Source: Chloroflexota bacterium (GTDB lineage: Bacteria; Chloroflexota; UBA11872; VXOZ01). From it: a stretch of DNA of 64,000 bases. The translations under genes were made by a program, and so were the position numbers. The notes beneath the pieces are model-generated. The model ran no database searches, had not been told where the DNA came from, and saw only the letters and a list, made by a program, of their open reading frames with translations. Shown one piece after another: positions 18,398 through 31,682 of the stretch (position 1 is the stretch's first letter; each line of letters starts with the position of its first letter). The stretch spans positions 2,848,001 to 2,912,000 of the forward strand of contig OY760183.1 in the NCBI GenBank assembly GCA_963663275.1, in the 5' to 3' direction.

Positions 18398-19399
18398 GTG
18401 AGTTCAACCAAGACGCCCACGCTTGCGCTGACCCCCACCGGCGGCGAGGCGGGACAACGGCTCGACGTGTTCGTGGCCGCGTCGTTGGCCGCGTCCGCGA
18501 ACGCGCCGGAGTCTGCCGCCGTTCCGCCGCTCAGCCGCTCGCAGGTGCAGCGTCTCATCGCCGGGCGCCGCGTCCGCATTGCCGGGCAACCGGCCACGCC
18601 GTCCACCAAAGTGCGCGCCGGGGACGTGGTTACGGTCGCCCTGCCTGAGACCGACCCGCCGGGACTCCGGCCGGAGCCGCTCACCGTGCCGCTGCTGCAC
18701 GTGGACGACGCGCTGATCGTGGTAAACAAACCGGCGGGGTTAGTCGTGCATCCCGGCGCGGGGCAGGCCGGCGGCACCCTGGTCAACCAGCTTCTCAGCC
18801 GCTTCCCGGAAATCGCGGCAGTAGGGCATCCGGCCCGTCCCGGCGTGGCGCACCGCCTGGATCGAGACACGTCCGGCGTGCTGGCGGCGGCCCGCGGCGT
18901 TGCCGCCTATGAGCGGCTCGCGGCGCAGTTCGCCGCGCGCGCCGTGCGCAAGACCTATCTGGCCCTGGCGGCCGGCGTTCCCACGGTTGAGCGGGGCGTG
19001 ATCGACGCGCCGGTGGGCAGGCATCCGGCGCGGCGCACGCACATGAGCGTCGTCCGCGGCGGCAAACCGGCGCGCACCCACTTTGCCGTGCTCGAAGCCC
19101 TGGGGCCGCTTACGCTGCTGCGCGTAACCCCTGAGACCGGACGCACCCACCAGATTCGCGTGCATCTTGCCGCCGCCGGCCTGCCCATCGTGGGCGACGC
19201 CCAGTACGGGCGGTGCGGGCCTGATGACGACCGCCTGGCGGGAACCGGACTGACCCGCATGTTCCTGCACGCGCTCAGCCTGGGCTTTACCCATCCGCTC
19301 ACGCGCGCGCCCGTGGAGTATTACGCGCCGCTGGCGGATGACCTGGCTCAGGCCCTGCGCGCGTGCGGCAGCGCCTGGCTTGAGCGCCAAGCGAGTTGA
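18398..19399 (+). CDS. RluA/RluD-family pseudouridine synthase
   Basis: S4-like N-domain; NKPAGLVVHP, HRLDRDTSG, TGRTHQIRVH. Confidence 0.93.
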   Translation: MSSTKTPTLALTPTGGEAGQRLDVFVAASLAASANAPESAAVPPLSRSQVQRLIAGRRVRIAGQPATPSTKVRAGDVVTVALPETDPPGLRPEPLTVPLLHVDDALIVVNKPAGLVVHPGAGQAGGTLVNQLLSRFPEIAAVGHPARPGVAHRLDRDTSGVLAAARGVAAYERLAAQFAARAVRKTYLALAAGVPTVERGVIDAPVGRHPARRTHMSVVRGGKPARTHFAVLEALGPLTLLRVTPETGRTHQIRVHLAAAGLPIVGDAQYGRCGPDDDRLAGTGLTRMFLHALSLGFTHPLTRAPVEYYAPLADDLAQALRACGSAWLERQAS

Positions 19400-19514
19400 C
19401 CCTGCGCGCCAAAGCGCCTACGATAGGGAGTTGCGGCCTGTACCTGCAAGACGCCTTCCTTCTAACCGGATAAAACCGCAGTCGGACTGTACCGGAACGC
19501 CCCCCCTCTCCCCC

Positions 19515-20564
19515 ATGAGCAACCAAACGACGTACGCCCACATCACCGGCTGGGGCAAGGCCCTGCCCGCGCGGCGTCTCACCAACGCCGACCTGGAAAA
19601 GATAGTGGACACCGCCGACGAGTGGATCGTCAGCCGCACCGGCATCCGCGAACGGCGTATCGTCTCCGATGATGAGACCACCGATTCCCTCGGCGCCGCC
19701 GCCGCCCGGGAGGCGCTGGCCACCGCCAACGTCGCGCCGGAAGCGGTGGACATGGTGATAGCCGCCAGTTGCACGCCGGAATCGCTCTTTCCCAGCATCG
19801 CGAACCGCATCCAGCAGCGGCTGGGGCTGGCGCGCGCCGCCGCGCTCGACATCAACCAAGCCTGCGCCGGTTTCATCCACGGGCTCGCCGTCGCGCAGGG
19901 GCTGATCGTTTCCGGTCAGTACCGAACCATCCTCATCGTCGGCGCCGAGGTGTTGACGCGGCACGTTGACTGGACGGACCGCGCCACCTGCGTGCTCTTT
20001 GGCGACGCCGCCGGGGCCGTGTTATTGCAGGCGTCGGCGCGCCCGGGCGGGCCGCTGGCGTTCGACCTGGGCTCGGACGGCGGCGGCGGCGACCTGCTCA
20101 CCTTGCCCACCGACGGCAAGCTATTCATGAACGGACGCGAAGTCTACCGCTTTGCCGTCACCGCTATGACCGCGTCACTGGCCGCCGCCATCGAGAAAGC
20201 GGACGTGCCGCTGGACGACATCGACCTGCTCATTCCGCACCAGGCGAACATCCGCATCATCCAATCCGCCGCCCAGACGCTGCAAATCCCGTTGGCAAAG
20301 GTGTTTACCAACGTGGAGAAGTACGGCAATACCTCCGCCGCGTCGATTCCGGTGGCGCTCTGCGAGGCCCTGGAAGAAGGGCGCATCCAGCCGGGGGACA
20401 CGCTCGCCATGGTCGCGTTCGGGGCCGGCCTGGCCTGGGGCGCAACCGTCATGCGCTGGACCAGCCCGCTGCCGCCTGCCGCGCGCTCGGCCTCTACCAC
20501 ACGCGAGACGCAAACCACGGCGCGGGTGAGAGAAAGAGCGGTGGTGGGCGAGACGGCGGGTTGA
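19515..20564 (+). CDS. fabH: 3-oxoacyl-ACP synthase III
   Basis: EWIVSRTGIRERR, AC.GF, PHQANIRII, GNTSAAS. Confidence 0.95.
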   Translation: MSNQTTYAHITGWGKALPARRLTNADLEKIVDTADEWIVSRTGIRERRIVSDDETTDSLGAAAAREALATANVAPEAVDMVIAASCTPESLFPSIANRIQQRLGLARAAALDINQACAGFIHGLAVAQGLIVSGQYRTILIVGAEVLTRHVDWTDRATCVLFGDAAGAVLLQASARPGGPLAFDLGSDGGGGDLLTLPTDGKLFMNGREVYRFAVTAMTASLAAAIEKADVPLDDIDLLIPHQANIRIIQSAAQTLQIPLAKVFTNVEKYGNTSAASIPVALCEALEEGRIQPGDTLAMVAFGAGLAWGATVMRWTSPLPPAARSASTTRETQTTARVRERAVVGETAG

Positions 20565-20657
20565 CGATTGTCTCCGCTCGCTGGCGCCGCGTGAAGGCGA
20601 GCCGGTTTCACTTCCGTTATTCCCGCTTGAGCGGGAATCTTCCACCCACGCATACGT

Positions 20658-21236
20658 CTAGCCGGGGCGGATTTCCCAGAACTCCTTGCCCAGCGCGTCG
20701 TAGGGCAGGCGGCGTTCATCCGGATCCTGGGCGTTGAACTGCTGATTCACGAAGTAGAAGAGCAAGACCTCGTCCGTCCCCAGGTTGGCCGCGCCGTGGG
20801 CCACGCCGCGCGGGATATAGAGCAGCTGGCTGCGGCCGCGGCCCAGGACCAACCGCAGCGAATTGCCCGTGGTGGGGGAGTCCCGCCGCGCGTCCCACAA
20901 GCCGACCAACAGCGCCTGCGACGGCGGCACGAACCACAGGTCTTCCTGGTTGAAGTGCAGGTGCCACGCCTTGATCGCCCCCGCCGCCACGAGCGAGCAG
21001 TTGATCTGGCGCGCCTCGAACCCGTCGAGCCCGGCGAGCACGCCTGCCGCCAAGCGGCCGACTTCGGTAAACGTCCCGCCGTCTTCCACGAAGGTTTCCA
21101 GAGGGAGTAGCTGCACCCCGTCTATCCGTTCCTTGGCCCCGTACTCCTGCCGCGAGAGGACCGGATGCAGGTCTTCCCGGATGTCGCCGGCGCTCAGCGC
21201 CGCGTCCGCGGCGGAATCGGCCGTCTCTTTCGTCAT
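20658..21236 (-). CDS. RmlC-like cupin (dTDP-4-dehydrorhamnose 3,5-epimerase family)
   Basis: IKAWHLH, DARRDSPT, IPRGVAHG. Confidence 0.8.
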   Translation of the reverse strand: MTKETADSAADAALSAGDIREDLHPVLSRQEYGAKERIDGVQLLPLETFVEDGGTFTEVGRLAAGVLAGLDGFEARQINCSLVAAGAIKAWHLHFNQEDLWFVPPSQALLVGLWDARRDSPTTGNSLRLVLGRGRSQLLYIPRGVAHGAANLGTDEVLLFYFVNQQFNAQDPDERRLPYDALGKEFWEIRPG

Positions 21237-21480
21237 CGTCACCTTCTCATCGTTGCCAGTTTCATAGCCGTCATGCAATTTTCGCCTGGCGGTCGCATTA
21301 TATGGATGTGCGGGCCGCAATGACCCAGCGCGCTCTTTGACCGCAGGCAGAGTGAATGATACGATGCGCCCCGCGCGCCGCGCAACCTACGAGTTGTGCG
21401 GATTCGTCTGCGGCTGCTGGCGGCATGCCGCTCAGCTACGACCTGCCCACCATGCCGGATGGGCATTTCGTGATTTTCTG

Positions 21481-21509
21481 TTGACACAGGTAGGGGCAGG
21501 TGATAAACT
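21481..21509 (+). promoter_or_regulatory. sigma70 promoter of the str/S10 superoperon
   Basis: TTGACA-17 bp-TAAACT with a TGn extension. Confidence 0.75.
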
Positions 21510-21562
21510 CTACTTTTGCGTGTGTTATCGCATTGGCAGCCAGGAACTGGTAGGTTTCACTC

Positions 21563-22021
21563 GTGCCGACAACCAATCAGCTTGTGAGACGGGGGCGCAA
21601 GTCCAAGTCCTATAAGGGCAAGTCTCCCGATCTCCATTGGAACTATAACGCGCTCAAGAACCGCTCGGTGCGCACCGAGGGTTCGCCGCAGAAGCGCGGA
21701 GTCTGCATCTCCGTGCGCACGCTGACGCCGCGCAAGCCGAATTCGGCCCTGCGCAAAGTGGCGCGCGTGCGGTTGACCAACGGGCGGGAAGTTACGGCGT
21801 ACATTCCGGGTGAAGGCCACAATTTGCAGGAGCACTCGGTGGTGCTCATCCGGGGCGGGCGCGTCAAGGACGTGCCGGGCGTGCGCTATCACATCGTGCG
21901 CGGCACTCTGGACGCGGAAGGCGTGTATCCGCACGCCGGCGCGCCGCAGGATCGTGCCAAGAGCCGCTCCAAGTACGGCACGCGGCGCACGCGGCCGGCG
22001 GCGAGCGCCAGCGCATCCTAA
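21563..22021 (+). CDS. rpsL: 30S ribosomal protein S12
   Basis: [19 protein letters not shown]; operon position. Confidence 0.98.
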   Translation: MPTTNQLVRRGRKSKSYKGKSPDLHWNYNALKNRSVRTEGSPQKRGVCISVRTLTPRKPNSALRKVARVRLTNGREVTAYIPGEGHNLQEHSVVLIRGGRVKDVPGVRYHIVRGTLDAEGVYPHAGAPQDRAKSRSKYGTRRTRPAASASAS

Positions 22022-22132
22022 GCACGCGGCCGCAGGAGCGGCGCAACGTACAATTCAGCGGTCATTCTTGCAGCAGTTGTTGGCCTCGACACCGAAGCTG
22101 ACAACGCTGCTGCGCGTAAGGGACAGTTTACA

Positions 22133-22603
22133 ATGCCACGGCGAGAACGAGTCGTAAAACGAAAGATACCGCCGGACCCGAAGCACCGCAGTGTGACGCT
22201 GCAGCAATTCATCAATAAGCTGATGCAGCGCGGCAAGAAGAGCACCACGGAACGGTTCGTCTACCGGGCGCTGGACATCGTCGAATCGCGCACGGGACGC
22301 TCCGGCCTGGACGTTTTCGATCAGGCGGTGCGCAACGTCACGCCCTTGCTGGAAGTGCGGCCGCGCCGCGTGGGCGGGGCCACTTATCAGGTGCCCATGG
22401 AGATTCCCAGCGGGCGGCGTCTCTCGCTCGCCTTGCGCTGGCTCGTGCGCTACACCCGCGAACGGCGCGGGCCCAGCATGGCCGTGAAGTTGGCGGAAGA
22501 ACTCATCGACGCCGCCGACGGCCAGGGCGCTTCGATCCGCCGCCGGGACGAAACCCACCGCATGGCAGAGGCAAATAAGGCATTCTCGCACTACCGCTGG
22601 TAG
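22133..22603 (+). CDS. rpsG: 30S ribosomal protein S7
   Basis: [21 protein letters not shown]. Confidence 0.98.
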   Translation: MPRRERVVKRKIPPDPKHRSVTLQQFINKLMQRGKKSTTERFVYRALDIVESRTGRSGLDVFDQAVRNVTPLLEVRPRRVGGATYQVPMEIPSGRRLSLALRWLVRYTRERRGPSMAVKLAEELIDAADGQGASIRRRDETHRMAEANKAFSHYRW

Positions 22604-22677
22604 GCGGGGCGAAGACGTACGTCAAGCAACGGTCTACGTATCACTGGCTAAGGCAGAGCCGACAAGAACCAGAGAAC

Positions 22678-24750
22678 ATGGAACGCCACTTTCCCATAGA
22701 ACGCTACCGCAATATCGGCATTATTGCGCACATCGACGCCGGCAAGACCACCACGACCGAGCGGGTGCTCTTCTACTCCGGGCGCATCCACCGCATGGGC
22801 GAGGTGCACGAAGGCACCACGGCCATGGACTACATGGTGCAGGAGCGCGAGCGCGGCATCACCATCACGGCGGCCGCCACTACCTCCATGTGGCGCGACC
22901 ACCGCGTCAACATCATCGATACGCCCGGTCACGTGGACTTTACCGCCGAGGTCGAGCGCTCGCTGCGGGTCCTGGACGGCGGCGTGGTAGTCTTCGACGC
23001 GGTTTCAGGTGTCGAGGCCCAATCGGAGACGGTGTGGCGTCAGGCGGACCGCTACGGCGTGCCGCGCATCTGCTTCGTCAACAAGATGGACCGCATCGGC
23101 GCCGACTTCTGGAACTGCATCGACATGATCCGCGAACGCTTGCAGGCGCAGCCGGTGCCGATCCAGATACCCCTGGGCGCGGAAGACTCTTTCACCGGCA
23201 TGATCGACCTCTTCACGATGGAGGCGGTCGTCTTCACGGACGAACTCGGCGCAAAGCCAACCATCGGCCCGATACCGGACGAGTTGCGCGCGGAGGCGGA
23301 ACTGCGCCGCCACGAGATGGTAGAAGCCATTGCCGAACACGACGAAGACCTGCTCCTCAAGTACCTGAACGATGAGGAGATTTCCAACGCGGAACTCAAG
23401 GCGGCGCTGCGGCGCGCGACCTGCGAGGTTACGCTGGTGCCCGTCCTGTGCGGCGCGGCCCTGCGCAACAAGGGCGTGCAGCCGTTGCTCGACGCGGTGG
23501 TGGACTTCCTGCCCTCTCCCACCGACGTGCCGCCCATCAAGGGCCTGGCGCCGGTGTCCGGCATGGAAGAGTCCCGGCCCTCCAGCGATTCCGCTCCGTT
23601 TGCGGCGCTGGCATTCAAAGTGGTCACGGATCCGTTCAGCGGCCGCCTGGTCTACTTGCGCGTCTACTCGGGCACGGCCGAGGCCGGTATGCAGATGCTC
23701 AACGCGAGCCGCAACCGGCGCGAACGGCTGGGACGCTTGCTCTTGATGCACGCCGACAAGCGGGAAGAGATTTCGAGCATCTTCGCCGGCGACATCGTGG
23801 CCGCGGTGGGCTTGAAAGACACGGTGACGGGGGATACCCTCTCCGCCGTGAACCATCCGATTGCGCTCGAGTCGATTAGCTTCCCGGACCCGGTGCTTCA
23901 CATGGCAATCGAACCGAAGAGCCGCCTGGAAGAAGACCGGCTGTCCGCGGCGCTGCGGCGTTTGTCCGAAGAGGATCCCACGTTCCGCGCCGGCCAGGAC
24001 CAGCAAACCGGCGAGACCATCATCGGCGGCATGGGCGAGTTGCACCTGGAGGTAATCGCCGACCGGCTGCTGCGCGAGTTCAACGTGGAAGCGTCCCTGG
24101 GCGCGCCGCAAGTAGCATACAAGGAGACGGTCCAGCACCCGGTGGAGCAGGAAGGCCGGTTCATCCGGCAGACCGGCGGCCGGGGACAGTACGGCCACGT
24201 CTGGCTGCGCATCGAGCCGTTGGAAAGCGGCGCCGGCAACGAAGTCGAGAACGCCATCATCGGCGGCACGATTCCCAGGGAGTACATCCCGGCGGTGCAA
24301 GCCGGCATCAGAGACAGCCTGCTGGCCGGCCCGCTCGGCTACCCGGTGGTGGACGTGCGCGTTACGGTATTCGACGGCTCGTTCCACCCGGTGGATTCAT
24401 CCGAACTCGCGTTCCACAACGCCGCGGTCGTGGCCATGCGCGAGGGCCTCAAGAAGGCGCGGCCCGTGACGCTGGAGCCGATCATGGAAGTGGAAGTGAT
24501 GATCCCGGAGGAGTTTCTCGGCGAAATCGCCGGCGCGCTCAACGCCCGGCGCGGCAGCATCGACGAAATCCAAACCCGGCTGGGCACGAAGGTGATCCAG
24601 GCCAAGGTGCCGCTGGCCGCGATGTTCGGCTATGTAAACACCCTGCGTTCCAGCACCCAGGGCCGCGGCACGTATTCAATGCAATTCTCGCACTACCAGC
24701 AAGTGGCGGAAAGCGCCCGGGAACTGGTAGCCAGAGCCGGCAGACACTAG
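22678..24750 (+). CDS. fusA: Elongation factor G
   Basis: [21 protein letters not shown]. Confidence 0.98.
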   Translation: MERHFPIERYRNIGIIAHIDAGKTTTTERVLFYSGRIHRMGEVHEGTTAMDYMVQERERGITITAAATTSMWRDHRVNIIDTPGHVDFTAEVERSLRVLDGGVVVFDAVSGVEAQSETVWRQADRYGVPRICFVNKMDRIGADFWNCIDMIRERLQAQPVPIQIPLGAEDSFTGMIDLFTMEAVVFTDELGAKPTIGPIPDELRAEAELRRHEMVEAIAEHDEDLLLKYLNDEEISNAELKAALRRATCEVTLVPVLCGAALRNKGVQPLLDAVVDFLPSPTDVPPIKGLAPVSGMEESRPSSDSAPFAALAFKVVTDPFSGRLVYLRVYSGTAEAGMQMLNASRNRRERLGRLLLMHADKREEISSIFAGDIVAAVGLKDTVTGDTLSAVNHPIALESISFPDPVLHMAIEPKSRLEEDRLSAALRRLSEEDPTFRAGQDQQTGETIIGGMGELHLEVIADRLLREFNVEASLGAPQVAYKETVQHPVEQEGRFIRQTGGRGQYGHVWLRIEPLESGAGNEVENAIIGGTIPREYIPAVQAGIRDSLLAGPLGYPVVDVRVTVFDGSFHPVDSSELAFHNAAVVAMREGLKKARPVTLEPIMEVEVMIPEEFLGEIAGALNARRGSIDEIQTRLGTKVIQAKVPLAAMFGYVNTLRSSTQGRGTYSMQFSHYQQVAESARELVARAGRH

Positions 24751-24804
24751 ACGGTACGAACACAGACCTCACTGTGCGCATGAGCAGAAGGAGAGAGCAG
24801 TAGG

Positions 24805-26007
<1,203 letters not shown>

Positions 26008-26010
26008 CTT

Positions 26011-26322
26011 ATGGCGCAACAGACCATTCGCATCCGGTTGAAGGCTTTCGACCACAGAGTGCTCGATCAGTCGGCGGGCCAGATCGTCAGCGCCGCCCAG
26101 GGCACCGGCGCGCGCATTGCGGGCCCGATTCCGCTGCCCACGGAGATAAACAAGTACACGGTCATTCGCTCGCCCTTCATCGATAAGGATTCGCGCGAGC
26201 AGTTCGAAGTGCGCACGCACAAACGGCTGATCGACGTGCTCGAACCCAACGCCAAGACGATGGATGCGCTCCTGCGGCTGGAATTGCCCGCGGGTGTGGA
26301 TATTGAAATGAAGTCCATGTAG
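26011..26322 (+). CDS. rpsJ: 30S ribosomal protein S10
   Basis: [17 protein letters not shown]. Confidence 0.98.
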   Translation: MAQQTIRIRLKAFDHRVLDQSAGQIVSAAQGTGARIAGPIPLPTEINKYTVIRSPFIDKDSREQFEVRTHKRLIDVLEPNAKTMDALLRLELPAGVDIEMKSM

Positions 26323-26337
26323 AGGAATGCCGCACGC

Positions 26338-27003
26338 ATGTCAATCGGCTTAATCGGCAAGAAAATCGGAATGACGCAGGTCTTCGACGGCGCGGGCGCC
26401 GCCGTGCCGGTGACGGTTGTCCAGGCGGGGCCGTGCACCGTGGTGCAGGTCAAGACCGCCGCGGGCCCGGATGGCTATAATGCCGTGCAGCTTGGGCTGG
26501 GCGAACGCCTGAAGAACGTCACCAACCCGGCGCGGGGCCATGCCGCCAAGCATCTGGGCGACGATGCCGCCGTGCCCCGGGATCTGCGCGAGTTTCCGGT
26601 GGCGGACCCGAGCGCGTACGAAGCCGGGCAGACGCTCAACGTGGATCTCTTTGCCGCGGGCCAGGCGGTGGACGTGACCGGCATCTCCAAAGGCAAGGGC
26701 TTTGCCGGCGTGATGCGGCGGCATAACTTCAGCGGACAGCAGAAGACCCACGGTCAATCCGACCGCTGGCGCGCCCCGGGCGCGGTCGGCATGGGCACCA
26801 CCCCGGGCCGCGTGTGGAAAGGCCAGCCCATGGCGGGCAGAATGGGGCAAGACCGGGTAACGGTGCAGAATCTGGAAGTGGTAGACGTTGTGAGCGAGCA
26901 AGACATCCTGCTCATCAAGGGCGCGGTGCCCGGCGGGCCGGGCAGCCTGGTCACGGTGCGGCCCGCGGTGAAGGCGCCCGGTTCAGCGCAGGCAAGCGAG
27001 TAG
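26338..27003 (+). CDS. rplC: 50S ribosomal protein L3
   Basis: KIGMTQ, SKGKGFAG. Confidence 0.98.
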   Translation: MSIGLIGKKIGMTQVFDGAGAAVPVTVVQAGPCTVVQVKTAAGPDGYNAVQLGLGERLKNVTNPARGHAAKHLGDDAAVPRDLREFPVADPSAYEAGQTLNVDLFAAGQAVDVTGISKGKGFAGVMRRHNFSGQQKTHGQSDRWRAPGAVGMGTTPGRVWKGQPMAGRMGQDRVTVQNLEVVDVVSEQDILLIKGAVPGGPGSLVTVRPAVKAPGSAQASE

Positions 27004-27009
27004 AACGCA

Positions 27010-27636
27010 ATGGACGTGCAAATTATCGACACACAGGGCAATCCCGCCGGCAGCACGGCGCTGCCCCCGCACATCTTCGACATCGAGCCGCACGCGGCGT
27101 TGGTGCACCAGGCCGTAATCCGGGACGAAGCCGGGCAACGGCTGGGCAGCGCCAGCACCAAGACCCGCAGCGAGGTGCGCGGCGGCGGGCGCAAGCCCTG
27201 GCGCCAGAAGCACACCGGCCGCGCGCGCCACGGCAGCCGGCGCTCGCCCATTTGGCGCACCGGCGGCGTGACGTTCGGCCCCCACCCGCGCGACTATCAC
27301 CGCGCCATGCCGCGCAAGATGTGGCGCAAGGCGATGTTTTCCGCGCTATCCGATAAGGCGCGGTCCAACCGCCTGCTGGTTGTGAGCGCCTTTCCCCAGG
27401 AGAGGATCAGCACCAAAGAACAGGCGGCGTTCCTGGACCAGCTCGGCGCTACCGAAAGCGCGCTCTACGTAACGGTGTCGCCGCCGGAGGAACTCACCCT
27501 TTCCATCCGCAACCTGCCCGGCGTGGCGCTCTCGACCCCGCACACGCTCAGCGTCCGCGACGTGGTCGTCTTCGAGCACCTGATCTTCGATACGGAAGCC
27601 GTGGCCGCGTGCGAACGACTGTGGGGGCAAACATGA
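27010..27636 (+). CDS. rplD: 50S ribosomal protein L4
   Basis: GGGRKPWRQKHTGRAR. Confidence 0.98.
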   Translation: MDVQIIDTQGNPAGSTALPPHIFDIEPHAALVHQAVIRDEAGQRLGSASTKTRSEVRGGGRKPWRQKHTGRARHGSRRSPIWRTGGVTFGPHPRDYHRAMPRKMWRKAMFSALSDKARSNRLLVVSAFPQERISTKEQAAFLDQLGATESALYVTVSPPEELTLSIRNLPGVALSTPHTLSVRDVVVFEHLIFDTEAVAACERLWGQT

Positions 27637-27920
27637 AAACCGCCCAGGAAGTCCTCATCCGGCCGCTCATTACGGAGAAGGGCACCCTGCTCTCCGACCA
27701 GAATAAGTATCTCTTCGCCGTGGCGCCGGACGCCACCAAGATCGACGTGCGGCGCGCCGTGGAGCAGACGTTTGGCGTAACCGTGCTGTCCGTGAACGTC
27801 ATGAACGTGCCCGGCAAAGAAAAGCGCTTCGGCCGGCACCGCTACCGCACGCCCCGCTGGCGCAAGGCGATCGTATCGTTGCGGGCCGGCCAGACGATCG
27901 ACCTCTTCAGCGGAGTCTAG
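27633..27920 (+). CDS. rplW: 50S ribosomal protein L23
   Basis: PLITEK, KAIV; operon position. Confidence 0.97.
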   Translation: MKTAQEVLIRPLITEKGTLLSDQNKYLFAVAPDATKIDVRRAVEQTFGVTVLSVNVMNVPGKEKRFGRHRYRTPRWRKAIVSLRAGQTIDLFSGV

Positions 27921-27934
27921 GGAAGGATGAGCCG

Positions 27935-28765
27935 ATGCCAGTAAAATCCTACAAGCCCACCTCCGCCGGACGGCGCGGCATGACCGCGGTCGAGAACAGC
28001 GACATCACCAAGGCCAAGCCGGAGCGGCGGCTGACCAAAGGCCTGAAGCGCAAGGCCGGCCGCAACGTCTCGGGCAAACTCACCGTGCGCCACCGCGGCG
28101 GCGGCCACAAGCGCCGCTATAGGACGATAGACTTCAAACGTGATAAGATAGGGATTCCCGGTACTGTAAAGGCAATCGAGTACGACCCGAACCGGAGCGC
28201 CCGCATCGCGCTGGTCGCCTATCGCGACGGCGAAAAGCGCTACATTCTGGCGGCAGCCGGTTTGAACGTTGGCCATACGGTGGTGTCGGGGCCGGACGCG
28301 CCGATACGCCCCGGCAACTGCCTGCCGCTGCGCAACATTCCGGCCGGCACGGCGGTGCACAACCTGGAACTCCAGGCCGGGCGCGGCGGACAGCTTGCCC
28401 GCAGCGCGGGATCGTCGGTGCAACTTATGACGAAAGAGAGCGATTACGCGGTCATACGGCTGCCGTCGGGTGAAATTCGCCGCGTGCACCTGACGTGCAT
28501 GGCAACCGTCGGCCAGGCGAGCAACGTGGATCACGTCGGCGCGACGACCGGCAAGGCGGGCAGGGCCCGCTGGAAAGGGCGGCGGCCCACGGTGCGCGGC
28601 TCCGCCATGAATCCCCGGGACCATCCGCACGGCGGCGGCGAAGGCAAAGCGCCGATTGGCTTGCCGGGTCCCAAGACGCCCTGGGGGAAGCCGGCGCTGG
28701 GTTTGCGCACGCGCAAGCGAAAGCCGTCGGACAAGTTCATCTTGCGCCGCCGTTACGCGCGCTAG
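27935..28765 (+). CDS. rplB: 50S ribosomal protein L2
   Basis: [20 protein letters not shown]. Confidence 0.98.
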   Translation: MPVKSYKPTSAGRRGMTAVENSDITKAKPERRLTKGLKRKAGRNVSGKLTVRHRGGGHKRRYRTIDFKRDKIGIPGTVKAIEYDPNRSARIALVAYRDGEKRYILAAAGLNVGHTVVSGPDAPIRPGNCLPLRNIPAGTAVHNLELQAGRGGQLARSAGSSVQLMTKESDYAVIRLPSGEIRRVHLTCMATVGQASNVDHVGATTGKAGRARWKGRRPTVRGSAMNPRDHPHGGGEGKAPIGLPGPKTPWGKPALGLRTRKRKPSDKFILRRRYAR

Positions 28766-28780
28766 GAGGAATCGCACGCT

Positions 28781-29065
28781 ATGTCGCGGTCATTGAAAAA
28801 GGGACCGTTTGTCGACGAAAAGCTGCTGAAGCGCGTTCAGACGATGAACGACAGCGGCCAAAAGCGCGTGCTGCGCACGTGGTCCCGCGCCTCCACCATC
28901 TTTCCGGACATGGTGGGCCATACGATCGCCGTGCATGACGGCCGGCGCCACGTGCCGGTCTACGTCACGGAGAACATGGTGGGGCACAAACTGGGCGAAT
29001 TCGCGCCAACGCGCAACTTTCGCGGGCATTCCCGCGAAGACCGCACGACCCAAGTGCGCGCTTAA
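28781..29065 (+). CDS. rpsS: 30S ribosomal protein S19
   Basis: [18 protein letters not shown]. Confidence 0.98.
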   Translation: MSRSLKKGPFVDEKLLKRVQTMNDSGQKRVLRTWSRASTIFPDMVGHTIAVHDGRRHVPVYVTENMVGHKLGEFAPTRNFRGHSREDRTTQVRA

Positions 29066-29080
29066 CTGAGGATACTGCGG

Positions 29081-29452
29081 ATGCAAGTACAAGCGATCGG
29101 CAAATACCTGCGGGTGTCGCCGCGTAAAGCGCGCCGCGTCGCCGCTACCGTAACCGGGCGCTCTGCCGGGGAGGCGCTGGCAATCCTGCGCTTCCTGCCC
29201 AGCCCAACGGCGCGCATGTTGGCGAAAGTCGTGCGCTCCGCCATGGCCAACGCGGAGAACACGTACAACCTGGACCCGGCCGAACTGACGGTGGCCAGCG
29301 TGCGGGTAGACAAAGGCCCGGCAATGAAACGCTTAGACCCAAAGGCGCGCGGCCAGTGGGGCCTGCGCAAGAAGCGCACCAGCCACGTAACCGTAATCGT
29401 CGCGGACGAGGATAGTGCTGATGATGAGGAGATCCTGAGCAGTGGGGCGTAA
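29081..29452 (+). CDS. rplV: 50S ribosomal protein L22
   Basis: SPRKAR, SAMANAE, TSHVTV. Confidence 0.97.
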   Translation: MQVQAIGKYLRVSPRKARRVAATVTGRSAGEALAILRFLPSPTARMLAKVVRSAMANAENTYNLDPAELTVASVRVDKGPAMKRLDPKARGQWGLRKKRTSHVTVIVADEDSADDEEILSSGA

Positions 29453-30290
29453 AGTTCACCCGGTCGGCTTCCGCTTAGGCTTCAATCGGACGTGGAGCAG
29501 CCGCTGGTATGCCGGCAAAGAGTACGCGGCGCTCACCGAAGAAGACAGCAAGATACGGAAGATGGTTCTTGCTCAGTTCGAGCAGACCCGCGCCAGCCGC
29601 ACCGGCGGCCGGCGGGGCGGCATGGGCGCCGGCATCTCCCAGGTAGACATCGAGCGCGCCGGCACCACCATTAAAGTGGACATCCATACCGCGCGCCCCG
29701 GTATCGTCATTGGACGCGGCGGCGCCGCCCAGGCCCAATTGCGCAAGGACCTGCGCGAACTGACCGGCAAGAACGTGCGCACCAATATCATCGAAATCAA
29801 GCAGCCGGAGACCAACGCCTTCCTGGTGGCGCGGGCCGTGGCCGAGCAACTTGAGCGGCGGGTTTCGCCCCGCCGGGCGATCAAGATGGCGGCCGACCGC
29901 GTGATCCGCTCCGGCGCAATCGGCGTGAAGCTGATGGTCGGCGGCCGCCTCGGCGGCGCGGAGATGTCGCGCAGCGAGAAGGAAATTCGCGGCACGGTGC
30001 CGCTGCAAACGCTGCGCGCCAACGTCGATTACGGCTTCACCCAGGCCCAGACCACCTACGGCATTCTGGGCGTGAAGGCCTGGATATATACCGGCGACGT
30101 TACGCCGGAAGAGTTCTACGCCCGGCAGGAAGCGGCCGCGCCGGAAGAGACTCCGCCGCCACCGCCGCGCCGGCGGCGCAGACGCCCGCGGCGCAGCGCG
30201 GATCGCGCCGGGGGTGAGGGCGGCCAGGGCAGGCGCCGCGGCGGCGCCCAGCGCGACAGGAGTTCCGGCCCAAGAGAAGCGAGCGAGTAG
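29442..30290 (+). CDS. rpsC: 30S ribosomal protein S3
   Basis: [22 protein letters not shown]. Confidence 0.97.
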   Translation: MGRKVHPVGFRLGFNRTWSSRWYAGKEYAALTEEDSKIRKMVLAQFEQTRASRTGGRRGGMGAGISQVDIERAGTTIKVDIHTARPGIVIGRGGAAQAQLRKDLRELTGKNVRTNIIEIKQPETNAFLVARAVAEQLERRVSPRRAIKMAADRVIRSGAIGVKLMVGGRLGGAEMSRSEKEIRGTVPLQTLRANVDYGFTQAQTTYGILGVKAWIYTGDVTPEEFYARQEAAAPEETPPPPPRRRRRRPRRSADRAGGEGGQGRRRGGAQRDRSSGPREASE

Positions 30291-30298
30291 AGCCAGCC

Positions 30299-30721
30299 AT
30301 GTTGATGCCGAAACGCACCAAGCACCGCAAAGTCCACCGCGGCCACCGGCGAGGCAAAGCCTACCGGGGTTCCACCATCGCCTTTGGCGACTTTGCCCTC
30401 CAGGCCACCGCGGGCGGTTGGGTTGACAATCGACAGATCGAAGCGGCGCGCCGCGCGGTGACGCACCACATCCGGCGCGGCGGACAGATGTGGATTCGCA
30501 TCTTTCCCGATAAAGGACTGAGCAAGAAGCCCGTGGAGGTACGGATGGGCGGCGGCAAAGGCCCGCCGGAACAGTGGGTTGCCATCGTCAAGCCCGGCCG
30601 CATCCTCTTCGAACTGGCCGGCGTGCCCGAAGACGTGGCGGCGGAAGCCATGCTGCGCGCCGCCCACAAATTGTCGGTAAAGACCCGCTTCATCTCGCGG
30701 GAAACCCCGGAAATCGTGTAA
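30299..30721 (+). CDS. rplP: 50S ribosomal protein L16
   Basis: QIEAAR, WIRIFPD, RMGGGKG. Confidence 0.98.
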   Translation: MLMPKRTKHRKVHRGHRRGKAYRGSTIAFGDFALQATAGGWVDNRQIEAARRAVTHHIRRGGQMWIRIFPDKGLSKKPVEVRMGGGKGPPEQWVAIVKPGRILFELAGVPEDVAAEAMLRAAHKLSVKTRFISRETPEIV

Positions 30722-30749
30722 GCGAAGAGCGGCGAGGAAAGACTGCGAA

Positions 30750-30953
30750 ATGGCGAAACCGGCGGAACTGCGCGCCTTGAGCGCGGAAGACTTGCAGGAA
30801 CGGCTGGATGAGGCTCAGGAAGAGTTGTTCAACCTGCGCTCGCAACAGGCGACGGTGCAGCTTGAGAATCCCGCCCGCTTCGGCATTCTCTTCCGCGAAG
30901 TTGCCCGCATCAAGACGATCATGCGCGAACGAGAACTCGGCATCAATAGCTAA
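30750..30953 (+). CDS. rpmC: 50S ribosomal protein L29
   Basis: ELFNLR, VARIKT. Confidence 0.95.
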   Translation: MAKPAELRALSAEDLQERLDEAQEELFNLRSQQATVQLENPARFGILFREVARIKTIMRERELGINS

Positions 30954-30976
30954 GAGCGAGAATAGAGATACACCTA

Positions 30977-31315
30977 ATGGCAGCAGAGGCAAAAGCAACC
31001 GGCCGCCGGAAGCAGCGCAAAGGCGTGGTGGTAAGCGACAAGATGGATAAGTCCGTCGTCGTCGCCGTCACCCGCGTGCGCCGCCATCCGTTGTACAAGA
31101 AGACCGTGCGCAGCACCAAGAAGTACCTGGCGCACAGTCCGCGCAACGACGTGCACACCGGCGACCGCGTGCTCATCGAGGAAACGCGGCCGCTCTCCAA
31201 ACGCAAGCATTGGCGGGTAGTGCACGTGATCGAGCGCGGCGAACAAGCGGCAGTGGACATTATCGATGATACGGCAGCCGCCCTGCCGCCGGAACCCGCA
31301 GAGGCGGCCCCATGA
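30977..31315 (+). CDS. rpsQ: 30S ribosomal protein S17
   Basis: [17 protein letters not shown]. Confidence 0.97.
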   Translation: MAAEAKATGRRKQRKGVVVSDKMDKSVVVAVTRVRRHPLYKKTVRSTKKYLAHSPRNDVHTGDRVLIEETRPLSKRKHWRVVHVIERGEQAAVDIIDDTAAALPPEPAEAAP

Positions 31316-31680
31316 TTCGAGAGACGTCACGCCTGAAGGTCGCCGACAATTCCGGCGCCCGCGAGATCATGTGCATTCGCGTGCTCGGCGGCTCGCGCCG
31401 CAAGTACGGCGGCATCGGCAGCATCGTCGTCGCTTCCGTTAAGGAGGCCGTGCCCCTCAGCCAGGTGCGTGAAGGCGAAGTGGTGCGCGCGCTGATCGTG
31501 CGCACGGCCAAAGAATACCGGCGCACGGACGGTTCCAGCATTCGCTTCGACGATAACGCCGCCGTTATCCTGGGCCCGCAGAACATGCCGCGCGGCACCC
31601 GCATCTTCGGGCCGGTGGCGCGGGAACTGCGAGAGATGGGATTCATGCGCATCATTTCCCAAGCGCCGGAGGTGCTCTAG
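31312..31680 (+). CDS. rplN: 50S ribosomal protein L14
   Basis: [18 protein letters not shown]. Confidence 0.98.
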   Translation: MIRETSRLKVADNSGAREIMCIRVLGGSRRKYGGIGSIVVASVKEAVPLSQVREGEVVRALIVRTAKEYRRTDGSSIRFDDNAAVILGPQNMPRGTRIFGPVARELREMGFMRIISQAPEVL

Positions 31681-31682
31681 CC

